Of a stretch of 64,000 nucleotides of DNA, positions 13,475-25,789 are shown piece after piece (the first letter of the stretch is position 1; every line of letters begins with the position of its first letter). A program made the translations under genes and the position numbers. This DNA is from Octopus sinensis (Eukaryota). Location: positions 186,001 through 250,000 of the forward strand of contig NC_043021.1 in assembly GCF_006345805.1 (NCBI RefSeq), in the 5' to 3' direction. The notes under the pieces were generated by a model. That model searched no databases, was not told the origin of the DNA, and saw only the letters and a program-made list of their open reading frames with translations.

Positions 13475-14151
13475 TTTCGGGATGGTCAAGTGGGGTTTTT
13501 TTTTTCGCCAAATAAACACACGCACTATATATATTTTTCTTCCCTCGTCCATTACTCTTATTTTATTATCTTAATTCATGTCCATTGTCCGGAAACTTTT
13601 CGTCACACATCTGTGACCTCTTCAGCGACATTTACTCTGTTCTTCTAAGGTGTCTATCATTATATGCACATGCGTTTGTGTCCTTGTTTATACGTGTGTG
13701 TGTCTGTGTGTGTGTATGCTTGTGTGTGCATCATAGTTTTTTGTAGCTGTGTGGCCTTCCCCTCAGCAGCCCCATCCCCTCACCCTTCCGTGCTGCTGCT
13801 CTCCCAGGACCCGAAAATATGCATTCCTCTGTGTATGTGTGTTAGCTCACGCTGTTGCCATCGTGGTAGTTGTTATTGTTGTTATTGCCATCGTTGTAAC
13901 CGCCGCTGCTGCTGTAGCTGTTAATCGTGTTGTTGAAATTGTTGTGGCCGTCCGTGAACTTTTTTGTGTTTGTGTTTGTGTATGTGTAACACGAAAAGTG
14001 TCGCTGAAGAAGTCACAGATGTGTGATGAAAGATTTCCGAAAATAGATATGAATTAAAATGATATATTAAGAACAGTAATGAACGAGTGAAGAAGATATA
14101 TATATATAGTGCGTGTGTTATTTGGCACAATAAAAAATGACCATTCCGAAA
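13475..14151. repeat. Foldback element, ~158-bp inverted arms (13475-13633 / 13995-14151)
   Basis: e.g. tcacacatctgtgacctcttcagcgaca vs tgtcgctgaagaagtcacagatgtgtga; gccaaataaacacacgcactata vs tatagtgcgtgtgttatttggc. Confidence 0.85.
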
Positions 14152-14396
14152 ACATCAATATATGGGTGTGTAATATATATATATATTATATATATATATA
14201 GATATATATATTATAAAATATATGTATATATATGTTTATATGTGTGTGTATATATATATATATAATACATAAATACATATATGCATACGGCATACACATA
14301 AGTATCCTCACATGCACATTCGCACTTACGCACAAGCTAACTATAACGTAAATATATGTCTGTGTGTGCATCTTCGTGTGAGTATACTACATATAA

Positions 14397-14440
<44 letters not shown>

Positions 14441-15051
14441 AAATTCAAAATGCGATAAAATAAATTAATTATTATCGCTGTGTGTTTCTATATATATCAT
14501 ATATATATAATATATATATTATATATATATATATGTATGTATGTATGAATGTATGTATGTATGTATGTATTATGTATGTATGTATGTATGTATGTATGTA
14601 GTTTAATAATGGTATATAATGCATGTGTGTGTATGTCTAAATGCTTGTTAATTTAATTGATGCTTTCAGATAAATGCATTTTGTGATATCTGTTCCACCC
14701 CATTTGCATCCTGCTCGCACTCGCCGCCGCAAATTGCGATCAATCCATATTGACCCGTTGCTAACTTATAACTCACGACGTTATTGTTCTACTATTCCCC
14801 TGTTGCTAACTTACGACAACTAACGACCCTATTGCACACCAATTTCTCTAATATAAAATGATTGATAAAATTATCATTAGTCAAGTATTGGAATCAATAT
14901 AATCAATAAAGTCCGCTGCCAAAATCTCTGGCCATTTATATTTTTATGCTTTATTCGCTACTCTATCGATTTCACCATCCACCTCCCTAATAATAATAAT
15001 AGTCATAATAAAAACAACAACAATAACAACAGCAACGTCGGCGACGACGAC

Positions 15052-15090
<39 letters not shown>

Positions 15091-15130
15091 AATAATAACA
15101 AAAATAATGATGATGATGATAATAATAATG

Positions 15131-15161
<31 letters not shown>

Positions 15162-15173
15162 TGATGATGATGG

Positions 15174-15216
<43 letters not shown>

Positions 15217-15255
15217 AATAATAATAATAATAATAATAATAATATAATAATAATA

Positions 15256-15290
<35 letters not shown>

Positions 15291-15647
15291 AAATGAGCGA
15301 GTCGAGCGGAGATCAAAGAAGATAAGAGCCAAGTGACTGGAGATGAAAGAGGCAAGAGTGATGAAACATCAAAGTCGAGACAAAGTGAGCGACATCATTA
15401 TAAAGGAGAGTGGGGTGGAGAGTCGGGTGGTGATCCAGATGTTGTAGACCAATTGGTATGTGTTGAGTAAATGATAATAACCACATCTCAGTAAAATAGG
15501 TTGATAAAGTGTGCAAATATTTACGAGAGCTGAAGACTGAAATATTGAATGTAGACAGAAAATTGGTGGCAGCCATTGTAGAATTGTCGAGTGTTGGCAG
15601 AGAAAGAATACTCGAAGAATTGGCTGAGAAACCTTCGTTGCCTGTAA

Positions 15648-15808
15648 GTGTTGGTTAGAAACTTTGCTTAATCAACATCCAATGCCTGCCACATTGTAAA
15701 AGAGCACATTCTTCCAGTTTGAAGGGTTAACCCCTTCAAACTGGAAGAATGTGCTCTTTTACAAGTGGCAGCATTGGATGTTGATTAAGCAAAGTTTCTA
15801 ACCAACAC
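15648..15808. repeat. 161-bp near-perfect palindrome
   Basis: ~79-bp arms centred on gggttaaccc, with only three single-base indels between them. Confidence 0.95.
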
Positions 15809-16117
15809 CGCTACGATTTCCAAACGAAAGAACTAGAAAATATAGCAACACTTGGACCCTTTAGAGCACAGTTTACCTATCCTCCTCTTCACTTGTGAAT
15901 TAGTCCCCTAATTTAAAGTTCTAACAAAAATTAACGGCTTTAAATAAATCATTTCCAAAATACAATAAAACTTTGTGAGCTGACGCAAACACGTGTAAAG
16001 AAACCAATAATAATAATAATAATAATATAATAATAATAATAATAATAATAATACACAATAAAAAAAGAAATGTGATGCATTATGTAATAGAATAGAGACT
16101 GACGTTTTTTTTATTGA

Positions 16118-16151
16118 ACAACATTTCGACACTTCGTTTGTCTTCTTCATG
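16118..16151 (-). ncRNA. Decayed minimal hammerhead motif
   Basis: Minus strand aTGAAGA-A-GACA-aacgaag-TGTC-GAAAT-GTTG. Perfect 4-bp stem II, C3 mutated. Confidence 0.4.
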
Positions 16152-19014
16152 TTAAAAATGAAAATTACACAGAATTGCAGAAATTCGAAAATTTCACGAG
16201 AAATCGGAAGAATAGGCGCTCCATTCCGGCGTGACATGAACTAGGAATAACTGCTTTTAGAATACACAATCCCAAATGTGACCAACAAAATTTCAATTTG
16301 TAACAGAGATACAGATATACAGGAACTTACGTAATTAAAAATCGATTTTAAAATATCTCCTTTAAAATACCAAAAATATTAAAGAACTATGGCAAATTTG
16401 CAGAAACAGGTACAGAATGGAGCAAAACAAAATGGTATTTTCTGTCTTGAAGGAAACCAATAAGCACAAAACAGAAGCTGATGTCAGAGATTTGTAAAGT
16501 TGAAGAAGAATAGAACTGATTTGATAAAAATGTAGGACGGCAGAACACCTTGATAAAATGATGACAAGGATAGATCTTGTATAGGGAATAGCTTAAAAGA
16601 TTAAACAGGGAGAAAATAAGCGATGGTGAGGGGCAACATTGAGAAATACAGGAGACCCTAAGTTGAGATACGTTGTTCCAATATGTGTCATCAAACCAAA
16701 TACATATTCAGTCAGTGAAGAATATAAAAGGGTAAACAAAATATTTTGCTCCAAGAAGCTGCCCCTAAGCCAAGAATGAATACATCTCGGTGTATGACTG
16801 CATCGAGGCGTTCATGATGTGCAAATTGTAGCTGCGTTACGAAATAACAACAGGAGAAAGTTGATATAAATATATAGCAGATGGAGGTGTGAGAGATTTG
16901 ACAAACTAACTCTATTCTAAAATGATGGTGGTGGTGGTGGCAGTGGTGGTGGTTATATTGGTCGTGGTGGTGGTGGTGGTGGTGGTGGTGGCGGTGGTGG
17001 TGGTGGCGGTGGTGGTGGTTATATTGGTCGTGGTCGCGTGGTGATAGTAATGATGATGGTGATGTTGGCAGTAGGGATCATAGTGGTAGTCGAAGTGGTC
17101 ATGGCGTGAGCAGTGGGTTCTAATAGTAGTGGTGATGCAGGGATACGTCGGTGGTGGTGGTGGTGGTGGTCGTCGTCGTCGTCGTGGAGATGGTTGCGCT
17201 ATGGGTGACCGTTAGGGTTCAATGGTGGTAGTACTGATGATGGTGGTGGGGGGTGACGGTGGTGATGGTAGTTATAATGGCCATAGTGAGGAAAGTAGGG
17301 GTGACGTCGAAAATGTCCGTTAGCGATTAAAGTTATTTGATAGAGGAAGAAAGAAACAGACAGGCAGACAGACCGACAGTTAGACAGACAGACAGACAGA
17401 TAGAGATAAATAGACAGAGATAGATAGATAGATACAAAAATACATACATTCATTCATAGATGTCAGTGTGGGGTATATAAAACTTTAATTAAAAAAATCT
17501 CAAAGCAAATGGACAGAAACGAATTGCTTTGGTCAATTGAAGCATTGAAGCATGGCCTACAAAACGGTAAAGTGTTGTGGGGAGAATTGGTGCTTTCTTG
17601 GATATAAAATAATTGAATGGTAGTGAAAGAATTATCCGATGCCAAGAGCAATGTCAGTGAATCAATCCTTCCTCCACTGAAAAATGTTAATTTTGTGCAA
17701 TTCCTCAAAACGACGAGGAGACAGCTTTTGAAAAGGATCTGAACTGACAGATAAATGAAGAATTATGATGTTTCGGTGACATTCCAAAAGAAAGCTTTCA
17801 TTTGAATCTAGGATATCTTTATTTATTTATTTATGTTCGTTTCTTTGTTAATATGACTGGGCATCTTAGAAATGAAGTTGTTAGTGGAGACTTTCAGATG
17901 TATAGTTTATGGCTTTGTGGTTAATCGGAGGTCGCAGGATCAAACCTTGCTTTTAATCTTCTGAAATTATTGATTTCTTTTGAAAAAGTCGCAGCTCATA
18001 TTTCAGCAATAACATCAACACTGCCGCCGCCGCCGACCCGCCACCGCCGCCGCCGCCGACCCGCCACCGCCGCCGCCGCCGTTGCCGCCACTGCCAACAC
18101 CGTCGCTGCAGCTGCTGCTGCTGCCGATGTGCCACCGCTTCCACCACTACCACCACCGTTGCCGCTGCCACTGCTGCCGTCGCCACCCTGCTGACCTCGT
18201 TGATATGAGTGTCCAAAATTTGTCGCTGCTGTTGTCTCTTATGATCGAAGGCGTTCTATTCATGGCCATCTCGTCCTAGACATTCCAAATTCAGAATTAC
18301 ATTACTAAAGACGTCTCAGGACGGTAGGGTGTGATTTGAAAGAGTTTCGCTGGATATTTCTTGCGACCACGTGGACGAATCCACTTTTCTTGTTCTCCTT
18401 AAACAACTCTTTGACGTCGTTTGAAGCTGCTTGTTGTTGACTTTCCATAGTCGCCGGTGTATGTGTACGTAACTCAATAGCTTGATAATGGCGGCGGCGG
18501 CGGTGGTGGTGGTGGTGATCATGATAGTAAGTCTTATTGTTGCAACAGTCGCCCTCTTTCACCACCCAGACACCCCACCGCCATCTACTGATTTCTATAG
18601 AAATATTTGAGCTGCAATATTTAGAGAGTCAGTCGGTTCCAAGTTCCTGCGAATTTTTGGAACATTTAAAGAAAAACTTTTTTCTCTGACATGCGATCCT
18701 CAATGAGGTTTAAGATTACAATTGATATTTTGCTATGTTTCTGCCAGCCACCCTGTCAATACATTTGCAAACTACCTCCTCTCCCTCGCCACCAGGATGC
18801 TAGACGAAATCTCTGGATTTCAGAACTGTTACAAATTATTTCACACTGACAACTCACCTGGAATTTCCTGTCTAAGAACTTCCTGCGAGAATATTTTGCT
18901 GATAAGGCTACAATAACATGGCCGACAGTTTGCAAATTTGGCACGGTTCAAAGACAAACTTCATCTGTAATTTTACACAACGGCCACTGGAATGGTTCTG
19001 TTGTATAGTAGTAA

Positions 19015-19280
19015 GGCCGGGTCAATAACAGAAACTCTAGCAGAAGAGAATAACATTGGTTATTGTTCTGTTGGACAGCAGTGAGTACGGGTCAATAACA
19101 GAGACCCTTGCACAAGAGAATAACACTGGTTATTGTTCTGTTGTATAACAGAGAGGCCGGGTCAATAACAAAAAACTCTAGCAAAAGAGAATAACATTGG
19201 TTATTGTTCTGTTGCATAGCAGAGAGGCCGGGTCAATAACAGAAACGCTGGCAAATGAGATTAACACTGGATATTTTTCT
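19015..19280. repeat. 70-bp minisatellite, ~4 units
   Basis: gtcaataaca at 19021, 19091, 19161 and 19232. Confidence 0.92.
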
Positions 19281-19554
19281 CTTTTAAGATTTATACTTGG
19301 AATTCATTTTCCATAAAATCATTTTAGCAACAAAAACTACTAAAGAAACGATAAATTACAGAAGCACTAATTTTTCTCTGTTGATAGCATTTTACAAGCG
19401 AAATCATAAATTCTGAGTAGACATGATTTAAGATGGCTAAACATACAAATGGCTGCTCTTTTAAATCACAAAAATATCCAGCTAGAGTTTTATTGTAAGG
19501 AAAAATTAAGAAAGAAATCGTTTCAAAAGTTAACGATCGAGGTAGGAAGATGTA

Positions 19555-19900
19555 ATGCTACATTTAGTAAAGCTGGAGATCTGGACAAAGTTGATTGACC
19601 AGTGTCCGAGAGAAGAGATTATTATGAATGTGATCTGGCCGTCGAGGTCATATATTCCGCTTGGAAGCCCCTTTGGCGTCACTGCTCTATCTCCCGGAAG
19701 ACGGAACTCCGTATGTACATTGTGTCGGTCCGCTTTCCCTCAACAAGACCCTGACAAAGAGGATCGATGACCTCAATAGCAGTCTCCAACAAAGAACATC
19801 GTGCGCACATACATCAGCCCGCAGCCTCCCATCTCATGGTTATCTGCCGCATGTGATGGTACAGATATATCCTCTGCCTCTCTCCAGATCATCCCACCAA
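19555..19900 (+). mobile_element. RTE-clade LINE ORF2 C-terminal fragment (degenerate)
   Basis: PLWRHCSISRKTELRMYIVSV ... LTKRID ... HQPAASHLMVICRM*WYRYILCLSPDHPT resembles RTE LW....ISRKTKLRIY / RLRWFGHVLRM..DHP. Confidence 0.65.
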
Positions 19901-20372
19901 GGTCTTACTCTTGTCTATCTATTTATCTATCATTTATGCATTTCCAACACATAAGAGAACACAATGTGTGACCTGTCGGTCAGGCTAGAGAGAGAGAGAG
20001 AGAGAGCTGAGTAGGACAACAAACGGAGTGGGAGGGAGGGACGGTGAGAGGCGGTGAAGCAGCCAACATTCAACGCTTCTGCTCTTAAGACGCTGTTTAA
20101 CCAAAATAAAACTGCAATTTTTTTGTTATCGTAAATTGTATTTAGTTTATCAATTTCAACCGCACAAACACCCCCCCCCACACACACACACACAAACACA
20201 GATATATAAATATATATATGAAATTAAATATTAAACACTTTTTGTTTACAAAGCCATATCGTTCACATAAGATAGCCTATATATAAATGTTATGTGAACG
20301 ATATGTATGTATATATCTATATGTGTGCGTGCGTGTATGTATACATACATACACACATACATACACCCCCCC

Positions 20373-20413
<41 letters not shown>

Positions 20414-20620
20414 TGGATAAGGCCAAAACAATGCGAAATAAATGCAAGGTAAATCACAGAAAACAAATATGTGAATTAATGTGTGTGTATATATATATAT
20501 ATAAATATGTATGTATGTATATGTATATGTATATGTATATGCGTATATGTGTGTGTGTGTACGTATGTATGTATATGTATATATATACATATACATACAT
20601 ATATACATATATACATATAC

Positions 20621-20655
<35 letters not shown>

Positions 20656-21420
20656 CGTGCGTGCGTGTGTGTGTGTGTGTGCATAGATATAGATATACCT
20701 TCATGTTTTTTCTCTTTCGTTTTAGTCCCTTTTTTCCATAATTTCCCTTTCTGATAGAAACCCTTATTTCCTTTTCCAAATGGAAGATAATATATTTTAA
20801 TCATTTCAACGATCTAAAAGATGTAAACAAATATTCACGCGCGCACACATATAGACACATGAGTACGCACACACACATGCACACATATATGTGTGTGTGT
20901 GTGTATTATATATATATTATATATATATATAGAGAGAGAGAAGAGAGAGAGAGGAGAGAGAGAGAAAGAGAGAGGGGGAGAAGAGGTGAAAGAAGTATGT
21001 CTTTATACAAATGTATACACACACACACACACATATATGGTGGTTGCAAACTCGTGTTCGAGTATTGTCATTGCCTTATCGAAAGTCCCACACATGCGAG
21101 AGCTACGATCAGCCATGTTCTTTTCTTTTTTTCCCAAGCGATGCCTGTGCATGAGGATTTTTTTGACTGTGGGGAAAGGATTTGCACAAATCCAGTCCCA
21201 CTCTCTGAACATGGACATCATAAGCTCGAAAAGAAGAACTAGTCCATATCATTGAATACTGTCAGTGTCGAAGGTTTTCTTTCAGAGTTTCCCACTCCTA
21301 CAGAGGTTGTGACCACAACATAGGGTCCTCCCACTCCTAGCGAGCCAACCGCGCGCCTGGACACCAACCTAAGTATTTCCACGTCTCATAGCTACATGCA
21401 AGCATACACATGTACACATA

Positions 21421-22173
21421 TTTTCGGGTGGCTGTTGACTGCTTCTGAGCTCTTCAGGCCTTTGACTGGTGGTTCATGTCGCTTACGCCAGGATCGCTTT
21501 TCTCTGAACATTTCGGTAGATAATCCATTTCTCATCACCTGTCACAATTTGCTTTAAAAAAGGCACGTTTTCATTCCGTTTATAAAGCGAATCACAGATG
21601 GAAATGCGATCCAAAAGGTTCTTCCTACTCAACTCATGTGGTACCCAAACATCGTAGCGATTTGTGTACTCAAGCTTTACCAGGTGCTCATGAACGACGG
21701 ATTTTGATAGGTTGAGGCTTCCTGCCAGTTCTCGGGTTGTGCATTGTGGGTTATTCTCAATTAATGACTTGATTTGGTCATCATCTGTACTGGATGCTCT
21801 GCTTGATCGCTCTTTATCAATAAGGCTACAATCTCCCGCTCGGAACCTTGCGAACCACTTCCGTACAGTTCTTTCGGATAAAGAAACATCACCGTAAACT
21901 GCGCATATTTCTTTGGTTGCTTGTGAGGCAATTTTCCCTTTATGAAAAAAGAAAAGCATCAAGTGCCGAAAATGAACTTTATCTTCCATTTTAAAGGGTT
22001 ACAGAATTAACACAGGTTATAGGAACGTAAATCTTCTTCCACGAAAAGATAGCTTAAATTGTGCTGTAAATGGAGGGGTAGTCAAATCTTATTTTATGGA
22101 CTCAACCATATTCTAAAATAAGTCGAAAGGTAAGCTGCTATAAATTGGCACGAACTTTCCGGACAAACCAATA
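21421..22173 (-). mobile_element. Mariner transposon (mellifera-subfamily-like), 3'-truncated
   Basis: ORF 21483..21989: FRHLMLFFFHKG, WFARFRAGD, WVPHEL, IVTGDEKW. Continues after a frameshift as RSWRKRHEPP. 5' TIR TA-ttggtttgtccggaaagttcgtgccaattt at 22173-22142. Confidence 0.93.
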
Positions 22174-22363
22174 AAAACACTTGAAAGTAATTCATAGGCG
22201 AGCGAGACAATTGACATCAGGTCCTTTCTCGGATCGACAGTCATCGATATTTCGTCATGGTGATATTTTAATGCCGTGAGCAAACAAAACCTGTCCAAGG
22301 TACCACGTGTATATATATATATATATCGATTAAAGAGAATGGTTGCTCAACTCATATATATAT

Positions 22364-22415
<52 letters not shown>

Positions 22416-22483
22416 TATATTACATATGCATATAGAAGCGTGAATATATACGTGTGTGTATGTATATGTGTGTATGAATATAT

Positions 22484-22515
<32 letters not shown>

Positions 22516-22536
22516 ATATATATATATACACGACTT

Positions 22537-22668
22537 GCTTCTTTCAGTTTCCGTTTACTAAATTCACCCACAAGATTTTAGTCAACTCGGAGAATATAGC
22601 AGAATGTACTTATCACAATTGAAACCGGAACGATGAGGTCGTGGGAGAAACTCCTTACCACGCACCCA
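22537..22668 (-). mobile_element. tRNA-derived SINE head (diverged)
   Basis: Homologous to 62742-62900 (cttctttcagtttccgt...cttaccac). Confidence 0.7.
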
Positions 22669-22676
22669 CATATCAT

Positions 22677-22711
<35 letters not shown>

Positions 22712-22888
22712 ATATATATATATAATACACATACACACACACATACATACATGCATACATACATAGATAATACACACACGTACATGCATACATATATTTA
22801 CCATATATACATCTATATACATATATGTATATATATATATATAATATATATGTGTGTGTGTGAATGTGTGTATTTATATATGCACATA

Positions 22889-22932
<44 letters not shown>

Positions 22933-23381
22933 TATATAAAGAGATTGAGAGGGAGAGAGGGAGAGACGTACGCAGAAACCCGCTCACTGAAAGAAATAGA
23001 GAGAAAAGAGCTGGAAACAGACAGAGATCAGGTGTTAGTGGCGGCGGCGGTGGTGGTGGTGCCGGCGGCGGCGGTGGTGGTGGTGCCGGCGGTGGCGGTG
23101 GTGGTGGCGGTGGCGGGGCTGGCTATAAAATTCAATAGAATCGAAGACCACTAAAAAAGGCAACATTGACACCATTCTAAACTCTACTGGTTTGTGGGGA
23201 ATTGCTTTGTTGTTGCTTTTTATGCTGCTGCTGCTGTTGTTTTTGTTTTTCAAAGATTCTATCTTTTTCCTATTGTTGGCCTATTGATCGGATCAGAAAC
23301 ATGATTGGTGCACAATGAAACGTTACCATAGAAACACATAAACATACAGCATATCTACCTATCTATATATCTATCTATCTA

Positions 23382-23420
<39 letters not shown>

Positions 23421-23437
23421 CTCTCTCTCTCTCTCTC

Positions 23438-23485
<48 letters not shown>

Positions 23486-23623
23486 ATATATATTGTATAT
23501 ACATATATACACATATATATATATATTATATACATACATATATATATCATATATAGATATACATACATACATACATGCATATATATATATATTTATATAT
23601 ATAGCATGCGCATGTCATACAAT

Positions 23624-23875
23624 GGAGGTGCGTGGCCTAGTGGTTGGGGTGTTGGACTCATGATCGTACGATTGTGCTTTCGAATGCTGTACCGGGCGAT
23701 GCTTGTGTTCTTGAGCAAAACACTTAATTTCACGTCGCTCCACTCCACTCAACTGACAAATATGAGTTAATCCTGCGACGGACTGGCGTCCCCTCCACGT
23801 GGGGAATTAATATATAAGCCATGGAAACCGGCAAAGCAACTGTCATGAGTCGGTAGGACTCGAGCAGGTAATCTT
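23624..23875 (+). mobile_element. tRNA-derived SINE
   Basis: A-box tggcctagtgg, tRNA-like head, then tgtgttcttgagcaaaacactt body shared with 36682 and 37492. Confidence 0.75.
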
Positions 23876-23985
23876 TACCTGTTTTACTTACCTTATCGTA
23901 TATGCATGTGCTTCTATATAAAGCAACGCATAAAACACCGAAATACAATGTTTCTGAGTCTATAGAAATAAACACGCTTACACAC

Positions 23986-24027
<42 letters not shown>

Positions 24028-24190
24028 TACATCATTTTGGAGACAATACACATTTGACAACATTGTCCGTGATTCTAATAAGCGACTTCCACAGTACATG
24101 TGTGTTGTGTGTGTGTGTGCGTGTCTGCATGTATTATGTATTCATGCACCAAGTGCTTTCCAGTTCTGAAAGTTTTTCAGAAAGGATATT

Positions 24191-24412
24191 TATTCTTTCT
24201 TTTCTACTCTAGGTACAAGGCCCGAAATTTTAGTGGGTAGATGCAGTCAATTTGATCGACCCCTATACACCACAAATACTTAATTTATCGACCCCGAAAG
24301 GATGAAAGGCAAAGTCGACCTCGGAGGAATTTGACCTTAGAAAGTAAAAACAGACGAAATACCGCTGAGCATTTCGCCCGGCGTGCTAACATTTCTGCCA
24401 ACTCGCCGCCTT
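24191..24412 (-). mobile_element. tRNA-derived SINE, same family as 5309-5509
   Basis: Reverse complement of aaggcggcgag..gcagaaa...cggggtcgataaatta...gggccttgtacctagagtagaaaag. Confidence 0.88.
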
Positions 24413-24449
24413 AGAAAGGGACATTTATTAAAGTACTAATCTAATCTCC

Positions 24450-25000
24450 TTCAAACTAGAAAAGTCTGGCCTCGGGGTACTTGTAGCACTCTAGCCACTT
24501 CGAGGAGACCCCATGGAAGTCCCCCAAACTGAAGGTGTCCAGGACCCTTTACTCAACCTCCTTCAGCTTTTCAATGGCTTGAAAACGATTTCCCTTGAAA
24601 TTCTCCTTCAGCTTGGGGAACAACCAAAACTCACAGCCAGCAAATTCTGGAGGACAGTGTTGATGCTCATCCCTGTCAAGTTGTTAGTCACCAGGCTGGA
24701 GGTGTAGGGTTCTAAAGCTGGCACCACTGATCCGAGTGGAAGAATAACCTTTTGCGATAAAATCTCTGCCTGATCTCTCTCAAAACCTCCCGAAAGCACT
24801 TTGTTGATCATCTGTCCAGAGGATACCCAGTGGATGTACATGATGCGTTTGTTGTCAGAAAAGCGGATCATCATGAGTTTCCCACTGGACTGGCATTCTT
24901 GGGTCTAGGGAAGCCATGATGATTCCATCGGGCACTCTGTCTCATGGTGACTACGTTGCATTCTGCAGATTAGTCAACTGTGACAAGCAGTGTCCTAGTA
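24450..25000 (-). mobile_element. Degenerate mariner transposase catalytic region
   Basis: Fragments HHGFPRPK, GKLMMIRFSDNKRIMYIHWVSSGQMINK, EFWLFPKLKENFKGNRFQAIEKLKE, with stops and frameshifts. Confidence 0.75.
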
Positions 25001-25656
25001 GAGTGTGCTCAAAGTGCTGTTGCATCCGTCTCCTTCAATCCGGTCGAACAAAAAGTGGTGGATCAGCTTATTAGATGTATACTAATGATATACTAAAATT
25101 AAAATAACCTAAGACAGTTATAATTGCCTCTCCTAAAATCCCGAAGATTGCTTGGAGACACAAGGAGTATTATAAAATCCTTCCTAGACCCTCCTCTCCG
25201 AAAAACAAAACATTTATAGCACCTATCATTATACTATGTCCATTAAATGATACTTATCGCTCATTAGATGGAGTAATTTTTGTTGATCTTACCGTAAAGG
25301 AACAGTTATACACACACATACAAACACACACACACATGCATGCATACAAACTTACATACATACATACATACATACATACATTTGCATACATATTCACATA
25401 CATTCATACATACATACATACATACATACATACATACATACATACATACATACATACATACATACATACATACATACATACAAAAATATAACCTTTAATG
25501 CTTCTCTGTATGTTTGAGGAATATCCTTCTTAGTGATGGTAATTAGATTTCTGTACGAGTGATATTTAATATATCAATCTTCTAAAGGAGATAACATTTT
25601 TACCATGCTAAGCTAGATATTTAAACCTTTTACACACGAAACGTCATATAACACGC

Positions 25657-25693
<37 letters not shown>

Positions 25694-25736
25694 CATACCC
25701 ACTTATACATACACACCTACATACATAGATACATAC

Positions 25737-25784
<48 letters not shown>

Positions 25785-25789
25785 AAAAA

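Noticed and set aside
16300-16900. Purine-rich stretch suggestive of a LINE remnant (similarly 53680-54100 and 61450-61960)
   Set aside because: I could not recover diagnostic motifs by eye.
19015-19280. Regularly spaced repeats resembling a CRISPR array
   Set aside because: Whole units are homologous with no unique spacers, there are no cas genes, and the context is eukaryotic.
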